From assembly GCA_942491735.1 (NCBI GenBank), contig CALOCN010000001.1, positions 1,030,071-1,094,070 on the forward strand: a stretch of DNA of 64,000 bases, read 5' to 3'. The notes beneath the pieces are model-generated. The model did not search any database. It was not told where the DNA came from and saw only the letters and a list, made by a program, of their open reading frames with translations. The position numbers and the translations under genes are program-made. Within the stretch, counting starts at the first letter, position 1; the number at the start of each line of letters is the position of its first letter. This DNA is from Candidatus Eiseniibacteriota bacterium (GTDB lineage Bacteria > Eisenbacteria > RBG-16-71-46 > JABDJR01). Below, in pieces: positions 38,236 through 47,895 of this stretch.

Positions 38236-38835
38236 GTGGCAAGCACTTTCATCCCCGGAGGCATCGTGTCCGTTGCATCTGTTCCCGCCCGAATCCAGAC
38301 CGTAAGCCCGGCCGTCCTGCACGAGTGGCTGGAGTCCGACGAGGCCATCGTGGTCGACGTCCGCGAAGCCACCGAACATGCGGCCGAGCGCATCCCCGAG
38401 AGCTGGCTGGTGTCGCTCTCCGCCTTCGACGCCACCCGTTTGCCTTCGGTCCATGAAGGCAAACGCCTGGTGCTGCATTGCCAGTCCGGCAACCGCTCGG
38501 CCAAGGCGGCCAAGGTCCTGCTCAATTGCGGGTTCGAGGAAGTCATTCACCTGGAGGGGGGCATCGGGGCCTGGAAGCAGGCCGGACTCCCGGTCGAGTC
38601 CAGCGGCAAGGCTCCGCTCAACCTCATGCGACAGGTCCAGATCGTGGCCGGGTCCATGACGCTGCTCGGCACGGCCCTCGCCGTGGCGGTGTCGCCGGCC
38701 TGGATGGTCCTGCCGGCGATCGTCGGCGCGGGGTTTCTCTTTGCCGGGGTCACCGGGACCTGCGGGATGGCCACCCTGCTGTCACTCCTGCCGTACAACA
38801 AACAGGCCTGCCCGCTGCCAGTGAAGGGGCGCTAG
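38236..38835 (+). CDS. rhodanese-domain sulfurtransferase with C-terminal membrane hairpin (YgaP/DUF2892-like)
   Basis: GTG start; rhodanese active site HCQSGNRS; hydrophobic C-terminus. Confidence 0.7.
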   Translation: MASTFIPGGIVSVASVPARIQTVSPAVLHEWLESDEAIVVDVREATEHAAERIPESWLVSLSAFDATRLPSVHEGKRLVLHCQSGNRSAKAAKVLLNCGFEEVIHLEGGIGAWKQAGLPVESSGKAPLNLMRQVQIVAGSMTLLGTALAVAVSPAWMVLPAIVGAGFLFAGVTGTCGMATLLSLLPYNKQACPLPVKGR

Positions 38836-38837
38836 CG

Positions 38838-39614
38838 ATGGCGTTTCTCATTGGGGGGGCGCTGGTGGTGGGACTCAGCCTGGGGCTGCTCGGCTCGGGG
38901 GGGTCCATCCTCACCGTGCCGGTCCTGGTCTACCTGTTGAACCACGTGGACAAGGTGGCCATCGCCGAGTCGTTGGCCATCGTGGGCGGGATCGCCCTGG
39001 TGGGCGCCCTCCCGTACGCGCGCCAGCGTCTGGTCAATTGGCGCAGCGTGCTGCTGTTCGGCGTTCCCGGAATGGCCGGGACCTTCTTCGGGGCGTGGGT
39101 CTCCCAGTGGGTCCCCGGAGCGGTCCAGCTGGTGGTCTTCGCGGCGGTGATCCTGGTCGCGGCGTGGATGATGTTTCGCCAACGCGAGCTGGCCTTGGAC
39201 AATGCCAAGCGGCGTCATGCGATCCATGTCGCCCTGGACGGGTTGGCGGTGGGAGTGCTCACCGGGTTCGTCGGCGTGGGGGGCGGATTTCTCATTGTCC
39301 CGGCCCTGGTGCTCCTGGGGAATCTCCCCATGCGGGAAGCCATCGGGACGAGCCTGCTCATCATTGCCCTGAAGTCGGCCACGGGGCTGGTCAAGTATCT
39401 CGGTGTTCTGGAGAAGCTGGAACTCGGGGTCGACTGGACGGTGATCGCCGTCTTCGTCGCGGTCGGCGTGGTGGGAAGCGCGGTGGGTCACCGCATCGGG
39501 GGCCGGCTCAACGGCAACCAGCTGCGACGCGCGTTTGCCGTGGTGCTGGTGGTCATGGGTCTGTTCATCTTCTCGCGTGAGCTGCCTGGACTGGTTTCGG
39601 CTGCGACGCGATAG
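38838..39614 (+). CDS. TauE/SafE-family sulfite/anion exporter
   Basis: Internal ATG 38838; 258 aa, internally duplicated hydrophobic halves with GGS/GGGF motifs. Confidence 0.75.
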   Translation: MAFLIGGALVVGLSLGLLGSGGSILTVPVLVYLLNHVDKVAIAESLAIVGGIALVGALPYARQRLVNWRSVLLFGVPGMAGTFFGAWVSQWVPGAVQLVVFAAVILVAAWMMFRQRELALDNAKRRHAIHVALDGLAVGVLTGFVGVGGGFLIVPALVLLGNLPMREAIGTSLLIIALKSATGLVKYLGVLEKLELGVDWTVIAVFVAVGVVGSAVGHRIGGRLNGNQLRRAFAVVLVVMGLFIFSRELPGLVSAATR

Positions 39615-39626
39615 GGACCGTACCCT

Positions 39627-41669
39627 CTACGGGATCAACACGAGCCGCTGGACCGATTGGAACCCTCCCGCGCGAAGCCGGTACAGGTAGACCCCCGCCG
39701 GTGCCTTGCGTCCCAGATCATCCACGCCGTTCCACCGCGCGGTATGCGAGCCCGCGCCCAGATTCGTGCGAACCAGTTCCCGCACCCGCCGCCCGGCCAG
39801 GTCGAACACCTCCAGGGTCGCCGGACCGCTCTCGGCCAGGGTGAACCCGATCGTCGTGCTGGAACGGAACGGGTTGGGTACCGCGGAGTGCAGGGTCACC
39901 GCGGGGGTGATTTCCGGGTCGGGCGCGGCGAGGGGAGTGGCCTGGTACCCGAAGTCCTGGTCGGTCAGGCTGCCCGAGCAATCGGCGGCCAGTTTCGCCT
40001 CGTCCGGGGTGAGGATCCCATCCGGGTCGTAGGTCGGGGCGGCACCGCTGGGAACGGTGGTGTTGTCCACCCGCACCGTGTAGCGCCCGGCGGCCAGACC
40101 GGAGAAGGCGTAGGCGCCGCTTCCCGTGGTCGTTGCCGTGTCCAGGACGGCAAGCGATTCATCCAGGAGTTCCACCGTGACTCCCGGGAGTCCCGGCTCC
40201 CCGCTGCGGGTCTGGTCGCCGTTCTGATCGTCCCAGACTACGCCGGCCACCGTGCCGTCCCTGCGCGTGAACTCCCAGCGATCGGTGCGGAAGGTGATGC
40301 TTGCCCCGCTGTTGCTGATGAGGGTCGCCACCACGTTGATCAGCTCCCCGTTGCCCCCGTTGGAAACGGCGAACGGATCCAGGATGTCGTTGCCACCCCA
40401 GAGGTACGAGTCGTCGTTCACGAAGTCGGCCAGGGGAATGGTGATCTTCTGCCAGCCTCCGCCGGCGACCAGGTCACCTCCCGTGGCCTTGACGGTGAGC
40501 GTCGTCTCGAACTCGTCGTCCGCGCTCGGGGAGATGTTCCCGTCCCCGTTGTCGTCCTCCTGGAGCTGGATGATCAGGTTGTAGTCCTGCCCCGCATCCG
40601 GCTCGACCCACAGGCTGAAGTGGGTCATGCCGGTGAGGTCGTGGTGATTCTCCCGGCCAAAGCCGCCGAAGTAGCCGGGGCTGCCCCCGGCTCCCCAACC
40701 CACGTCGATGGAGCCGGCGCAACCCTCTCCCGGGGCCGAGGTGGTGGTGTTCTGGCCGATTCCGCCGCCGCCGATCCCGTTGAAGGAGAACCAGCCGTCC
40801 CCGTTGGGATTCCCGTTGTCCCCACCCGCGAAGATGATCGAACACCCCTCGAACTCCGGTCGTTGGTAGACGCGAACGTAGTCCACCACCAGTTCCTGCG
40901 GGAACACCGTGGTCCCGTCGGGAGGCCCGGGCAGGTTGCCGCCCACCGCCATGTTGAGCAGGATGTGCATGTCATGGTTGAACGGCGCGGGGTACTCGCC
41001 GCCGGTGGAATACCAGGTCTGCTGGCACGCGTAGAGTTCACCATCCACGAACCAGCGAAGTTCGTTGGGGGACCACTCGAGGGCGAAGGTGTGGAAGGCA
41101 TCGTTGAAGGTGCCGCTGGGGAGAACGTAGTCGTTCCCCGAGTAGACGTTCCCGGGAAACGCGTCGCCGTAGTGGATGGTCCCGAACACCTCGTCCGGGT
41201 TCTGCCCCACGTACTCCATGATGTCGATCTCGCCGCCCGCCGCCCAGCCCCCGTAGTTGTTGTCGGTGAAGAGAAGCCAGAAGGCGGGCCAGATTCCCTG
41301 GCCGATCGGCAGCTTGGCCCGCATCTCGAATCGGCCGTAGGTGAAGCTCATCGTGTTGCGGGTGACGAGCCGGGCCGACGTGTAGTTCCTCCCGCCAATC
41401 GACTCCTGCTTGGCGGTGATGGTGAGGTGTCCACCGGCCACCGTGGCGTTCTGGCTGCGGTAGTACTGCAGTTCGTTGTTTCCCCAGCCGCACAGGCTCG
41501 GACACCCGGTTCCGAGGTCGAACCCCCATTTGGTGCCGTCGACGGAGCTTCCATTGAACTCGTCCGACCAGACCAACTCGTAGTCCTGGGAGAGGGCCAA
41601 GGCGGGGCATAGGCCCATAAGCCCGGCGCAAGCCAGGACGACGATCGCAGCGCGGTGACATGCACCCAT
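39627..41669 (-). CDS. glycoside hydrolase family 16 (beta-glucanase/laminarinase-like), multidomain, with C-terminal FlgD-Ig/T9SS-like domain
   Basis: Internal ATG 41669 with AGGAG about 10 nt upstream; signal peptide; GH16 catalytic motif GEIDIMEY (ExDxxE); Gly/Asp-rich middle; Cna-B-like segment; C-terminal VPNPFRS...WNGVDDLGRKAPAGVYLY. Confidence 0.8.
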   Translation of the reverse strand: MGACHRAAIVVLACAGLMGLCPALALSQDYELVWSDEFNGSSVDGTKWGFDLGTGCPSLCGWGNNELQYYRSQNATVAGGHLTITAKQESIGGRNYTSARLVTRNTMSFTYGRFEMRAKLPIGQGIWPAFWLLFTDNNYGGWAAGGEIDIMEYVGQNPDEVFGTIHYGDAFPGNVYSGNDYVLPSGTFNDAFHTFALEWSPNELRWFVDGELYACQQTWYSTGGEYPAPFNHDMHILLNMAVGGNLPGPPDGTTVFPQELVVDYVRVYQRPEFEGCSIIFAGGDNGNPNGDGWFSFNGIGGGGIGQNTTTSAPGEGCAGSIDVGWGAGGSPGYFGGFGRENHHDLTGMTHFSLWVEPDAGQDYNLIIQLQEDDNGDGNISPSADDEFETTLTVKATGGDLVAGGGWQKITIPLADFVNDDSYLWGGNDILDPFAVSNGGNGELINVVATLISNSGASITFRTDRWEFTRRDGTVAGVVWDDQNGDQTRSGEPGLPGVTVELLDESLAVLDTATTTGSGAYAFSGLAAGRYTVRVDNTTVPSGAAPTYDPDGILTPDEAKLAADCSGSLTDQDFGYQATPLAAPDPEITPAVTLHSAVPNPFRSSTTIGFTLAESGPATLEVFDLAGRRVRELVRTNLGAGSHTARWNGVDDLGRKAPAGVYLYRLRAGGFQSVQRLVLIP

Positions 41670-41777
41670 GAATGGGACTCCTGAGGTTGCGGTGGGCCTA
41701 CGAGCATACCACTTTGATCTCTTATCGAACAAAGTCTTTAGTCAACTGCAACCGGTTGCTGGATATGCGTTTGTGGC

Positions 41778-43547
41778 CTATTGTCGCCCGAACAGGTTCA
41801 GCAACCCCAGGGTAAGCCATGGCACGTAGGTGATGAGCAGGACCCCCAGACCCAGGATGGCCAACATCGGCAGTGCCGCCCGGTAGATGCTCAACAACGG
41901 CTTCTCGAACCGGTAGGACGCGAAGAACAGGTTGAGACCGACCGGTGGGGTGAGGTATCCGAGCTCCAGGTTGGCGATGAAGATGATGCCGAGATGGATC
42001 GGGTGGATATCGAAGGCCGCGCCGAGATCCTTGATCAGCGGCACCACCACCACCGTAGCCGAGAAGATGTCCATCATGCAGCCCACCAGGAGCAGGAAGA
42101 CGTTCATGGTGAGCAGGAAGAGCCACTTGGACTCGATGTTGTTCTCCACCCAGTCCAGCAGGTGGGCCGGAACCTCGGCGTCCACCATGAAGCTCGAGAA
42201 TCCCATGGCCACGCCCAGGATCAGGATGACGCCGCCGATCAGGGCGATGCACTTGGTAAACACCCGGGGAAGGTCGCCGCGAAGCGAGAGATCCCGGTGG
42301 ATGAAGGTCTGGGTCACGAACGTATAGATCACCGTCACCGCGGAGGCCTCCACGATGGTGGCCATCCCGGTGTACAGGGCGATGAGCGGCACGAGAGGGA
42401 CTCCCAGTTCCCACTTCGCCTCCCACAGCGCGCTCATGGCCTCGCGGAAGTGGAACGCACTGCGGGTTACCCCCGAAGTGATCCCGGCCCGCATGCCCCA
42501 GGCCGCGACCATGGCGACGAGGACCACACCCGGAACGATGCCGCCGAGGAACAGATCCTCGATGGAGATGCCGGCGACGATGGCGTAGAGAATGAGCGGA
42601 AGCGCCGGGGGAAAGAGCAGTCCCAGCGAGCCCGATCCGGTGAGCAGCCCCAGGGAAAACCGGTCCGCATAGCCGTCCTGTCGCAGCGCCTGGTAGAGCA
42701 GCCCGCCCACCGCGAGAATCGTCACCCCGGAGCCGCCGGTGGGGATGGTGAAGAAGACGCAGATCAGAACGCAGACCAGTGCGGTTCCGCCCGGAATGAA
42801 ACCGAAGAAGGCCCTGAAGAATCGCAACAGTCGGTGCGACGAGTTCCCTTCGGCCAGAAGGAAACCCACCAGGGTGAACATGGGAAGGGCGGCCAGGGTC
42901 GGGTTGACCGCCAGCCGGTAGGTCTCCACCAGAACCGCGGCCGGTGTGGTCCCGTCCAGCATGAAGAGCAGGGCGGCGATGCCGCCGAGAGCCGCAAAGA
43001 TGGGGCCGCCGGCAAAGGTGGCGGCGAGGATGAGGATCAAGCCCGGAAGGAGTGCACTCCCTTCGATCAGCTCGTAGTTTCCACCCAGGAAGATCCCGCC
43101 GGCGAAGGCGGCGACGGCAAGGCCCTTCCCGATCCACCCCCCCTCGTTCTTCAGGGCAAGCCGAAGACCGATCAGGGCAAACGCCGCGGGAAGCACCACC
43201 TGGGTCGCCCACACCGGGATGTTGGCGGTGACAAAGGTGGGGAACTCCCGCTCGATCTGGACCAGTTCGAGACCGCCCCGTAGCAGCACCCCGGAGATGA
43301 GGGCGGCGACCAGGTTGGCAAAGCCCAGGAGAAGGGTCTTGGAACGACCCTCCCGGAGGATCTCCTTGGAGGCGAAGGAGAGCAGATTCCCTTCACGGGC
43401 AGCGAGGGCCGAGCCCAGGAACCCCACCCACAGGGTGAGGTGCTGGGTAATGGGCCCGGATCCACGCACCCCCCCCTCAAAGAAATTACGGGCAATGATG
43501 TTGGCGATGGGCAGGATGACCATGGCGGCGAGACAAAGGCTCACCAC
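41778..43547 (-). CDS. TRAP transporter fused small/large permease (DctQ-DctM fusion)
   Basis: 589 aa, hydrophobic throughout; N-terminal DctQ-like 4-TM segment followed by DctM-like domain. Confidence 0.8.
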   Translation of the reverse strand: MVSLCLAAMVILPIANIIARNFFEGGVRGSGPITQHLTLWVGFLGSALAAREGNLLSFASKEILREGRSKTLLLGFANLVAALISGVLLRGGLELVQIEREFPTFVTANIPVWATQVVLPAAFALIGLRLALKNEGGWIGKGLAVAAFAGGIFLGGNYELIEGSALLPGLILILAATFAGGPIFAALGGIAALLFMLDGTTPAAVLVETYRLAVNPTLAALPMFTLVGFLLAEGNSSHRLLRFFRAFFGFIPGGTALVCVLICVFFTIPTGGSGVTILAVGGLLYQALRQDGYADRFSLGLLTGSGSLGLLFPPALPLILYAIVAGISIEDLFLGGIVPGVVLVAMVAAWGMRAGITSGVTRSAFHFREAMSALWEAKWELGVPLVPLIALYTGMATIVEASAVTVIYTFVTQTFIHRDLSLRGDLPRVFTKCIALIGGVILILGVAMGFSSFMVDAEVPAHLLDWVENNIESKWLFLLTMNVFLLLVGCMMDIFSATVVVVPLIKDLGAAFDIHPIHLGIIFIANLELGYLTPPVGLNLFFASYRFEKPLLSIYRAALPMLAILGLGVLLITYVPWLTLGLLNLFGRQ

Positions 43548-43563
43548 CAGGTCCTCGGTTCGG

Positions 43564-43599
43564 CGGAGTCCCGTCCGCAGGGCCCCCCCCTTGGACTCC
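43564..43599 (-). promoter_or_regulatory. intercistronic stem-loop between TRAP binding-protein and permease genes
   Basis: ggagtcc ...22 nt... ggactcc inverted repeat in the 57-bp gap. Confidence 0.3.
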
Positions 43600-43606
43600 G
43601 TTGGCG

Positions 43607-44632
43607 TCAGCGGGAACCTCCCCCGGACGCATTGCCGGCCCGGAACTCGGCGCGGTACTTGACGGCCAGATCGAACACATCGGCCGGGACCAGTTCCTTC
43701 TGCATTTCGGTGGCAAACCTGGCCGCGGTGTTGGTCCAGCCCGGATCATTCCGGTCCACTTCCAGGACGGTCAGGCCCTTCTCCTTCATCGCCTCGATGG
43801 CCTCGACGTCCCCCACCTGGATGTCGTGGGTGAGGGCATCCTCGGACGCCTGGCTCGAGGTGAGAATGACCTGCTGGTCCTGGGGGGAGAGTTTTTCCCA
43901 GGCCTTGAGACTGACCACGTTGCCCCCGACCAGCGGCGCCAGACCAAGCCCCACCATGTAGGGAACCTGTCGGTACCACTGCAGCGCCAACGCGGCGAAC
44001 GGCGTGGTCGGCATGGCCTCGATGAGCCCCGTCTCGAGGCCGGTCATGATATCGGTGACCGCGAGCGGAACCGGGCTGAACCCGACCGAGGAGTAGACCT
44101 GTGCCATCCGGTCGTCACCGGCCCAGGTGAAGAACTTGATGTTGTTCATGTCGTTGACGCTGGTGATGGGCCGGGTCGAGAAGACATGGATCCACCCGCC
44201 GTGTCCCCAGTTGACGAACTTGAACCCCTTGGCCTCCACCCGTTCCCGGATCAGTGGGGTGAGCTTTCCGCGCACGTAGAGGAACTCGTCGATGGAATCG
44301 AAGAAGAGGGGGATCGAGAAGACGTTGAACACCTCGTCGATGGAAGTGAGCCCGGCCACGGTGAGCGCCGCGCCCTGGAGCTGTCCGATGCGCATCTTGC
44401 GCACCACGTCCGGATCGTCCCCGGCCACGCCGCCGGGATAGATGCGGACCTTGACCCGGCCGTCGGTCTCGGTCTGCCACTCGCTGCCCATCTGCTTGAG
44501 CAGCTTGTCCCAGGCGGATCCGTCCGGGGCGAGGGTGGCGAACTTGAGGGTGGTCTTCTTCGCCGCGGTCGCGGGAGAGATGACGCCCAGGGTGAGGATC
44601 GCGGCCAGCGCCGCGGTAGCAAGATGTCGCAT
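43607..44632 (-). CDS. TRAP transporter substrate-binding protein (DctP/TatP family)
   Basis: Signal peptide MRHLATAALAAILTLGVISPATA; DctP-like periplasmic binding protein by eye; start overlaps upstream stop by 1 nt. Confidence 0.75.
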   Translation of the reverse strand: MRHLATAALAAILTLGVISPATAAKKTTLKFATLAPDGSAWDKLLKQMGSEWQTETDGRVKVRIYPGGVAGDDPDVVRKMRIGQLQGAALTVAGLTSIDEVFNVFSIPLFFDSIDEFLYVRGKLTPLIRERVEAKGFKFVNWGHGGWIHVFSTRPITSVNDMNNIKFFTWAGDDRMAQVYSSVGFSPVPLAVTDIMTGLETGLIEAMPTTPFAALALQWYRQVPYMVGLGLAPLVGGNVVSLKAWEKLSPQDQQVILTSSQASEDALTHDIQVGDVEAIEAMKEKGLTVLEVDRNDPGWTNTAARFATEMQKELVPADVFDLAVKYRAEFRAGNASGGGSR

Positions 44633-45600
44633 CAGTCTGATTCCCCTTCCTCGAAGTCGTCGCTGAGGATGTAATCGTCAGCGTGCTCCAGCAGGTAGGT
44701 AGCCTTGCGTTGGGCCAGGATGTTGACGAGGCGGTATTGCGGCGCCTCGTCCACGTCCACCTTGAGCGCCCGCTCAAGGAGCCCGACGAATTCCGGTTTG
44801 TTCTGGGTCTGGATGGACACGCTCTGTGCCATGGTGACAAAGGTGCCGGCCTTCTCTCCCTTGGAGAGCTCGACCGCCCGGGCAAAGTGTCTGCGGGCGG
44901 CTTCGAGATCACCGCCCATCTCCTCGGGGAGCGCCTTGAGGATGATCATCACCTCGTGCAGCGCCCCCGCATCATAGGTTTCGTCCAGGACCAGGCAGTG
45001 GGTCAGCATGGCGGTGGGAATGGGTGCATCGGCGAGCAAATCCGCCCGATCCATCCCCAAACCGATCGCCGATCCCCAGGCGGCGGCAGTCCAGTAGAGA
45101 AAGTCGATGTGCTCGACCTTGACCCGGGTTACTGCCCCCTCCGGGTTGACCGCCAGGGAGTCCGAGAAGTGCTTGTAGTCGAGATCCAACGCCCGCATCC
45201 CGTAGTCGCGGCCCCGGAGATAGAGCTTCAGTGCCCGGGCCCGGAGCTCCTCGGCCCGTACCCAGTCCTCGTCCTCGATGAGGTCGGCCTCGGACTGGAC
45301 AAAGGCGTTGGCGTAGGAAGTGAATCCGGAACAGGCTGCCAGCAGGAGGGTCCGGTTCTCCGGAACATCGACCAGCAGCGTTTCCATCGTCTTGAGGGCA
45401 AATGGAAGGGCGTCACGCACGAGCTCGGGGTCGTCGTCGGTCGCGAAGACCTCGGCCGAGCCGGCGAACGTACCCGCCATGCTGTTGACCGCCATCTTCT
45501 TGATCGAACAACCATTGGCCACCAGGGCCAAGCCCACGAGCGCAAGCGCTGCAAAACCCCGCCATGCCCCCGGCTCGGGCCTGTGAAGCATCGGTTTCAT
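44632..45600 (-). CDS. TRAP-transporter-associated TPR-like lipoprotein (TatT-like)
   Basis: Lipobox LVANGCS; helical TPR-like composition; position directly upstream of dctP-like gene; assignment tentative. Confidence 0.5.
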   Translation of the reverse strand: MKPMLHRPEPGAWRGFAALALVGLALVANGCSIKKMAVNSMAGTFAGSAEVFATDDDPELVRDALPFALKTMETLLVDVPENRTLLLAACSGFTSYANAFVQSEADLIEDEDWVRAEELRARALKLYLRGRDYGMRALDLDYKHFSDSLAVNPEGAVTRVKVEHIDFLYWTAAAWGSAIGLGMDRADLLADAPIPTAMLTHCLVLDETYDAGALHEVMIILKALPEEMGGDLEAARRHFARAVELSKGEKAGTFVTMAQSVSIQTQNKPEFVGLLERALKVDVDEAPQYRLVNILAQRKATYLLEHADDYILSDDFEEGESD

Positions 45601-45778
45601 CTTCTACTACCTCTCGGGAGGTGGATTCCCTCCAAACAACGACCCCTGATAAATGCGCGAAAACCATACCTTATTGGCACCCTTGAGGATAGGGGCCATG
45701 TTGGATCGTTCAAGGGGCGGAAACCGATGCTACGATGAGGCTCCCCGGTGTCTCGACCACTCGAAGAGGATCCTTGTC

Positions 45779-47821
45779 ATGAGTGTGCATCCCAGCGTGT
45801 GCCCCCTGGATTGTCCCGACGCCTGCAGTCTCGAGGTGACGGTGGAGGGGGGCCAGGTCACCACCGTCGACGGCGGCCACGCCAATCCCCTCACCGAAGG
45901 CTACATCTGCGCCAAGGTGCGCCGTTTTCCGGAGGCCATGTACGGTCCGGAGCGGGTGATGCACCCGGCCATCCGCGTCGGGGAAAAGGGATCCGGGCGG
46001 TTCGAGGACGTCTCCTGGGATGTCGCCCTGGACCGGATTGCTGAGCGGTTCGCCGCCGATCGGGACCGGTTGGGGGGGGAGTCCATCCTGCCCCTTTCCT
46101 ACGGGGGGTCCAACGGGCTGCTCTCCCAGGACACCACCGATGCCCGGCTTTTCCGCCGCCTGGGGGCGTCCCGGCTGGCCCGCACGGTGTGCGCGATTCC
46201 CACCGGATTGGCCGCGAAGGGGCTCTACGGGAAGATGGCGGGGGTGGCCTACCAGGACTATCGCGAAGCGGAGCTGGTGGTGGTGTGGGGAATGAACCCC
46301 CATGCCAGCGGCATTCATCTGGTGCCGCACCTGCAGGCGGCCCAGGACCGGGGAGCGAAGCTGGTCGTGGTGGATCCGCGTCGGATCAAGCTGGCCGATC
46401 GGGCCGATCTCCACCTCGCGCCCTATCCCGGCACCGACGTGGCTCTGGCCATGGCGGTGATCCATTGGCTGTTCGAGAACGGACACGCGGATACGGAGTT
46501 CCTCGCCGCCCACGCCGTCGGCACGGAGGCGCTGCGTGAGCGGGCGGCCGGGTGGACCCTGGAGAAGGCGGCCGGAGTGTGTCGCATGACACCGCAGGAA
46601 ATCGAGACCTTTGCCGGGTGGTTCGCGGAGGCCAACCCTGCGGTGATTCGCTGTGGATGGGGACTGGAACGGAATCGCAACGGAGGTTCCGCGGTGGCCT
46701 CGGTGCTTGCCTTGCCCGCGGTGGGAGGGAAGTTCGGGGTCCGTGGCGGGGGCTACACCATGAGCAACTCCGGCGTGTGGCCGCTCGAGTCGGATGCCGG
46801 CGCCGGGGTGAAGGAGACGAACACCCGCGTCGTCAACATGAACCGGATCGGTCGCGCCCTGACCGGGGACATGGATCCCCCGGTGACCAGTCTCTTTGTC
46901 TACAACTGCAACCCGGTGGCCACCCTTCCCAATCAGGATCTGGTGCGGCGGGGGATGCAGCGCGAAGACCTGTTCACGGTGGTGTTCGACTCGTTCTGGA
47001 CGGACAGCGCGCGGTTGGCCGATGTGGTGTTGCCCGCGTCCACGTTCCTGGAGCGGCGCGATGTCCGCAAGACCTACGGTGCCTTCGCCCTGCAACAGGC
47101 GCATGCGGTGGTGCCGGGAGTGGGGGAGTCGCGGAGCAACCACGACGTGTTCCTGGATCTGTGCCGGCGTCTGGAGCTGGAAGAGTCCGGGGATGCCATC
47201 TCCGAGGACGCCATGCTGGACGCGATGCTGGTCGGCAACCCGGACGGCGAGCGGATCGGGAGGGAGCTGCGGGAGAACGGGATCACCCTGCCTGCGTTCG
47301 GGGATCGGCCGGTGCAGTTCGTGGATGTGTTTCCCGGGACGCCGGACCGGAAGGTCCACCTGATCCCTGATGACCTGGATCGGGAAGCGCCCGAGGGTCT
47401 CTACGCATTCCGCAACGAGGCGCGACAGAAGACGTATCCGCTGGCGCTGATCTCCCCGTCCTCGAAGAAGATGATCAGCTCCACCCTGGGTCAGTTGGTG
47501 GAGGGGCAGGTTCCTTTGGATATCAACCTGGCCGACGCCAAGCCGCGGGGGATCTCGTCGGGGGACGAGGTGCGGGTATGGAACGATTACGGCGAGGTGC
47601 GTTGCCAGGCGCGGGTTTCCGGGAAGGTGCGGTTGGGGGTGGTGCAATTGCCCAAGGGGCTATGGGCCCGTCACACCACGAACGGGAACACCTCGAACGC
47701 GCTCGCCCCGGACACCCTGACCGACGTGGGGGGCGGTGCCTGCTTCAACGACGCCAGGGTCCAGGTGGAGAAGGCCGGGGGTGACGAGGCGGGGGCCGGA
47801 TTCCTCAGGCCAGTAAATTAA
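45779..47821 (+). CDS. molybdopterin-dependent oxidoreductase (DMSO-reductase superfamily)
   Basis: Internal ATG 45779; N-terminal 4Fe-4S motif CPLDCPDACSLEV; molybdopterin-binding C-terminal domain by eye; alternative start ATG 45698. Confidence 0.8.
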   Translation: MSVHPSVCPLDCPDACSLEVTVEGGQVTTVDGGHANPLTEGYICAKVRRFPEAMYGPERVMHPAIRVGEKGSGRFEDVSWDVALDRIAERFAADRDRLGGESILPLSYGGSNGLLSQDTTDARLFRRLGASRLARTVCAIPTGLAAKGLYGKMAGVAYQDYREAELVVVWGMNPHASGIHLVPHLQAAQDRGAKLVVVDPRRIKLADRADLHLAPYPGTDVALAMAVIHWLFENGHADTEFLAAHAVGTEALRERAAGWTLEKAAGVCRMTPQEIETFAGWFAEANPAVIRCGWGLERNRNGGSAVASVLALPAVGGKFGVRGGGYTMSNSGVWPLESDAGAGVKETNTRVVNMNRIGRALTGDMDPPVTSLFVYNCNPVATLPNQDLVRRGMQREDLFTVVFDSFWTDSARLADVVLPASTFLERRDVRKTYGAFALQQAHAVVPGVGESRSNHDVFLDLCRRLELEESGDAISEDAMLDAMLVGNPDGERIGRELRENGITLPAFGDRPVQFVDVFPGTPDRKVHLIPDDLDREAPEGLYAFRNEARQKTYPLALISPSSKKMISSTLGQLVEGQVPLDINLADAKPRGISSGDEVRVWNDYGEVRCQARVSGKVRLGVVQLPKGLWARHTTNGNTSNALAPDTLTDVGGGACFNDARVQVEKAGGDEAGAGFLRPVN

Positions 47822-47895
47822 GTACTTTCTTGACAATAGTTTATGACTTTCCCTGGGGAAAGTCGCTCGGGTTTCGGCGGCGGTAGGTGCCTGTT

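Noticed and set aside
39657-43283. Long plus-strand ORFs 39657..41612 and 41781..43283
   Set aside because: Antisense to the GH16 and TRAP permease genes, whose identities are supported by catalytic and TM features
45710-47647. 645-aa minus-strand ORF
   Set aside because: Antisense to the molybdopterin oxidoreductase, which has a clear Fe-S motif and domain order
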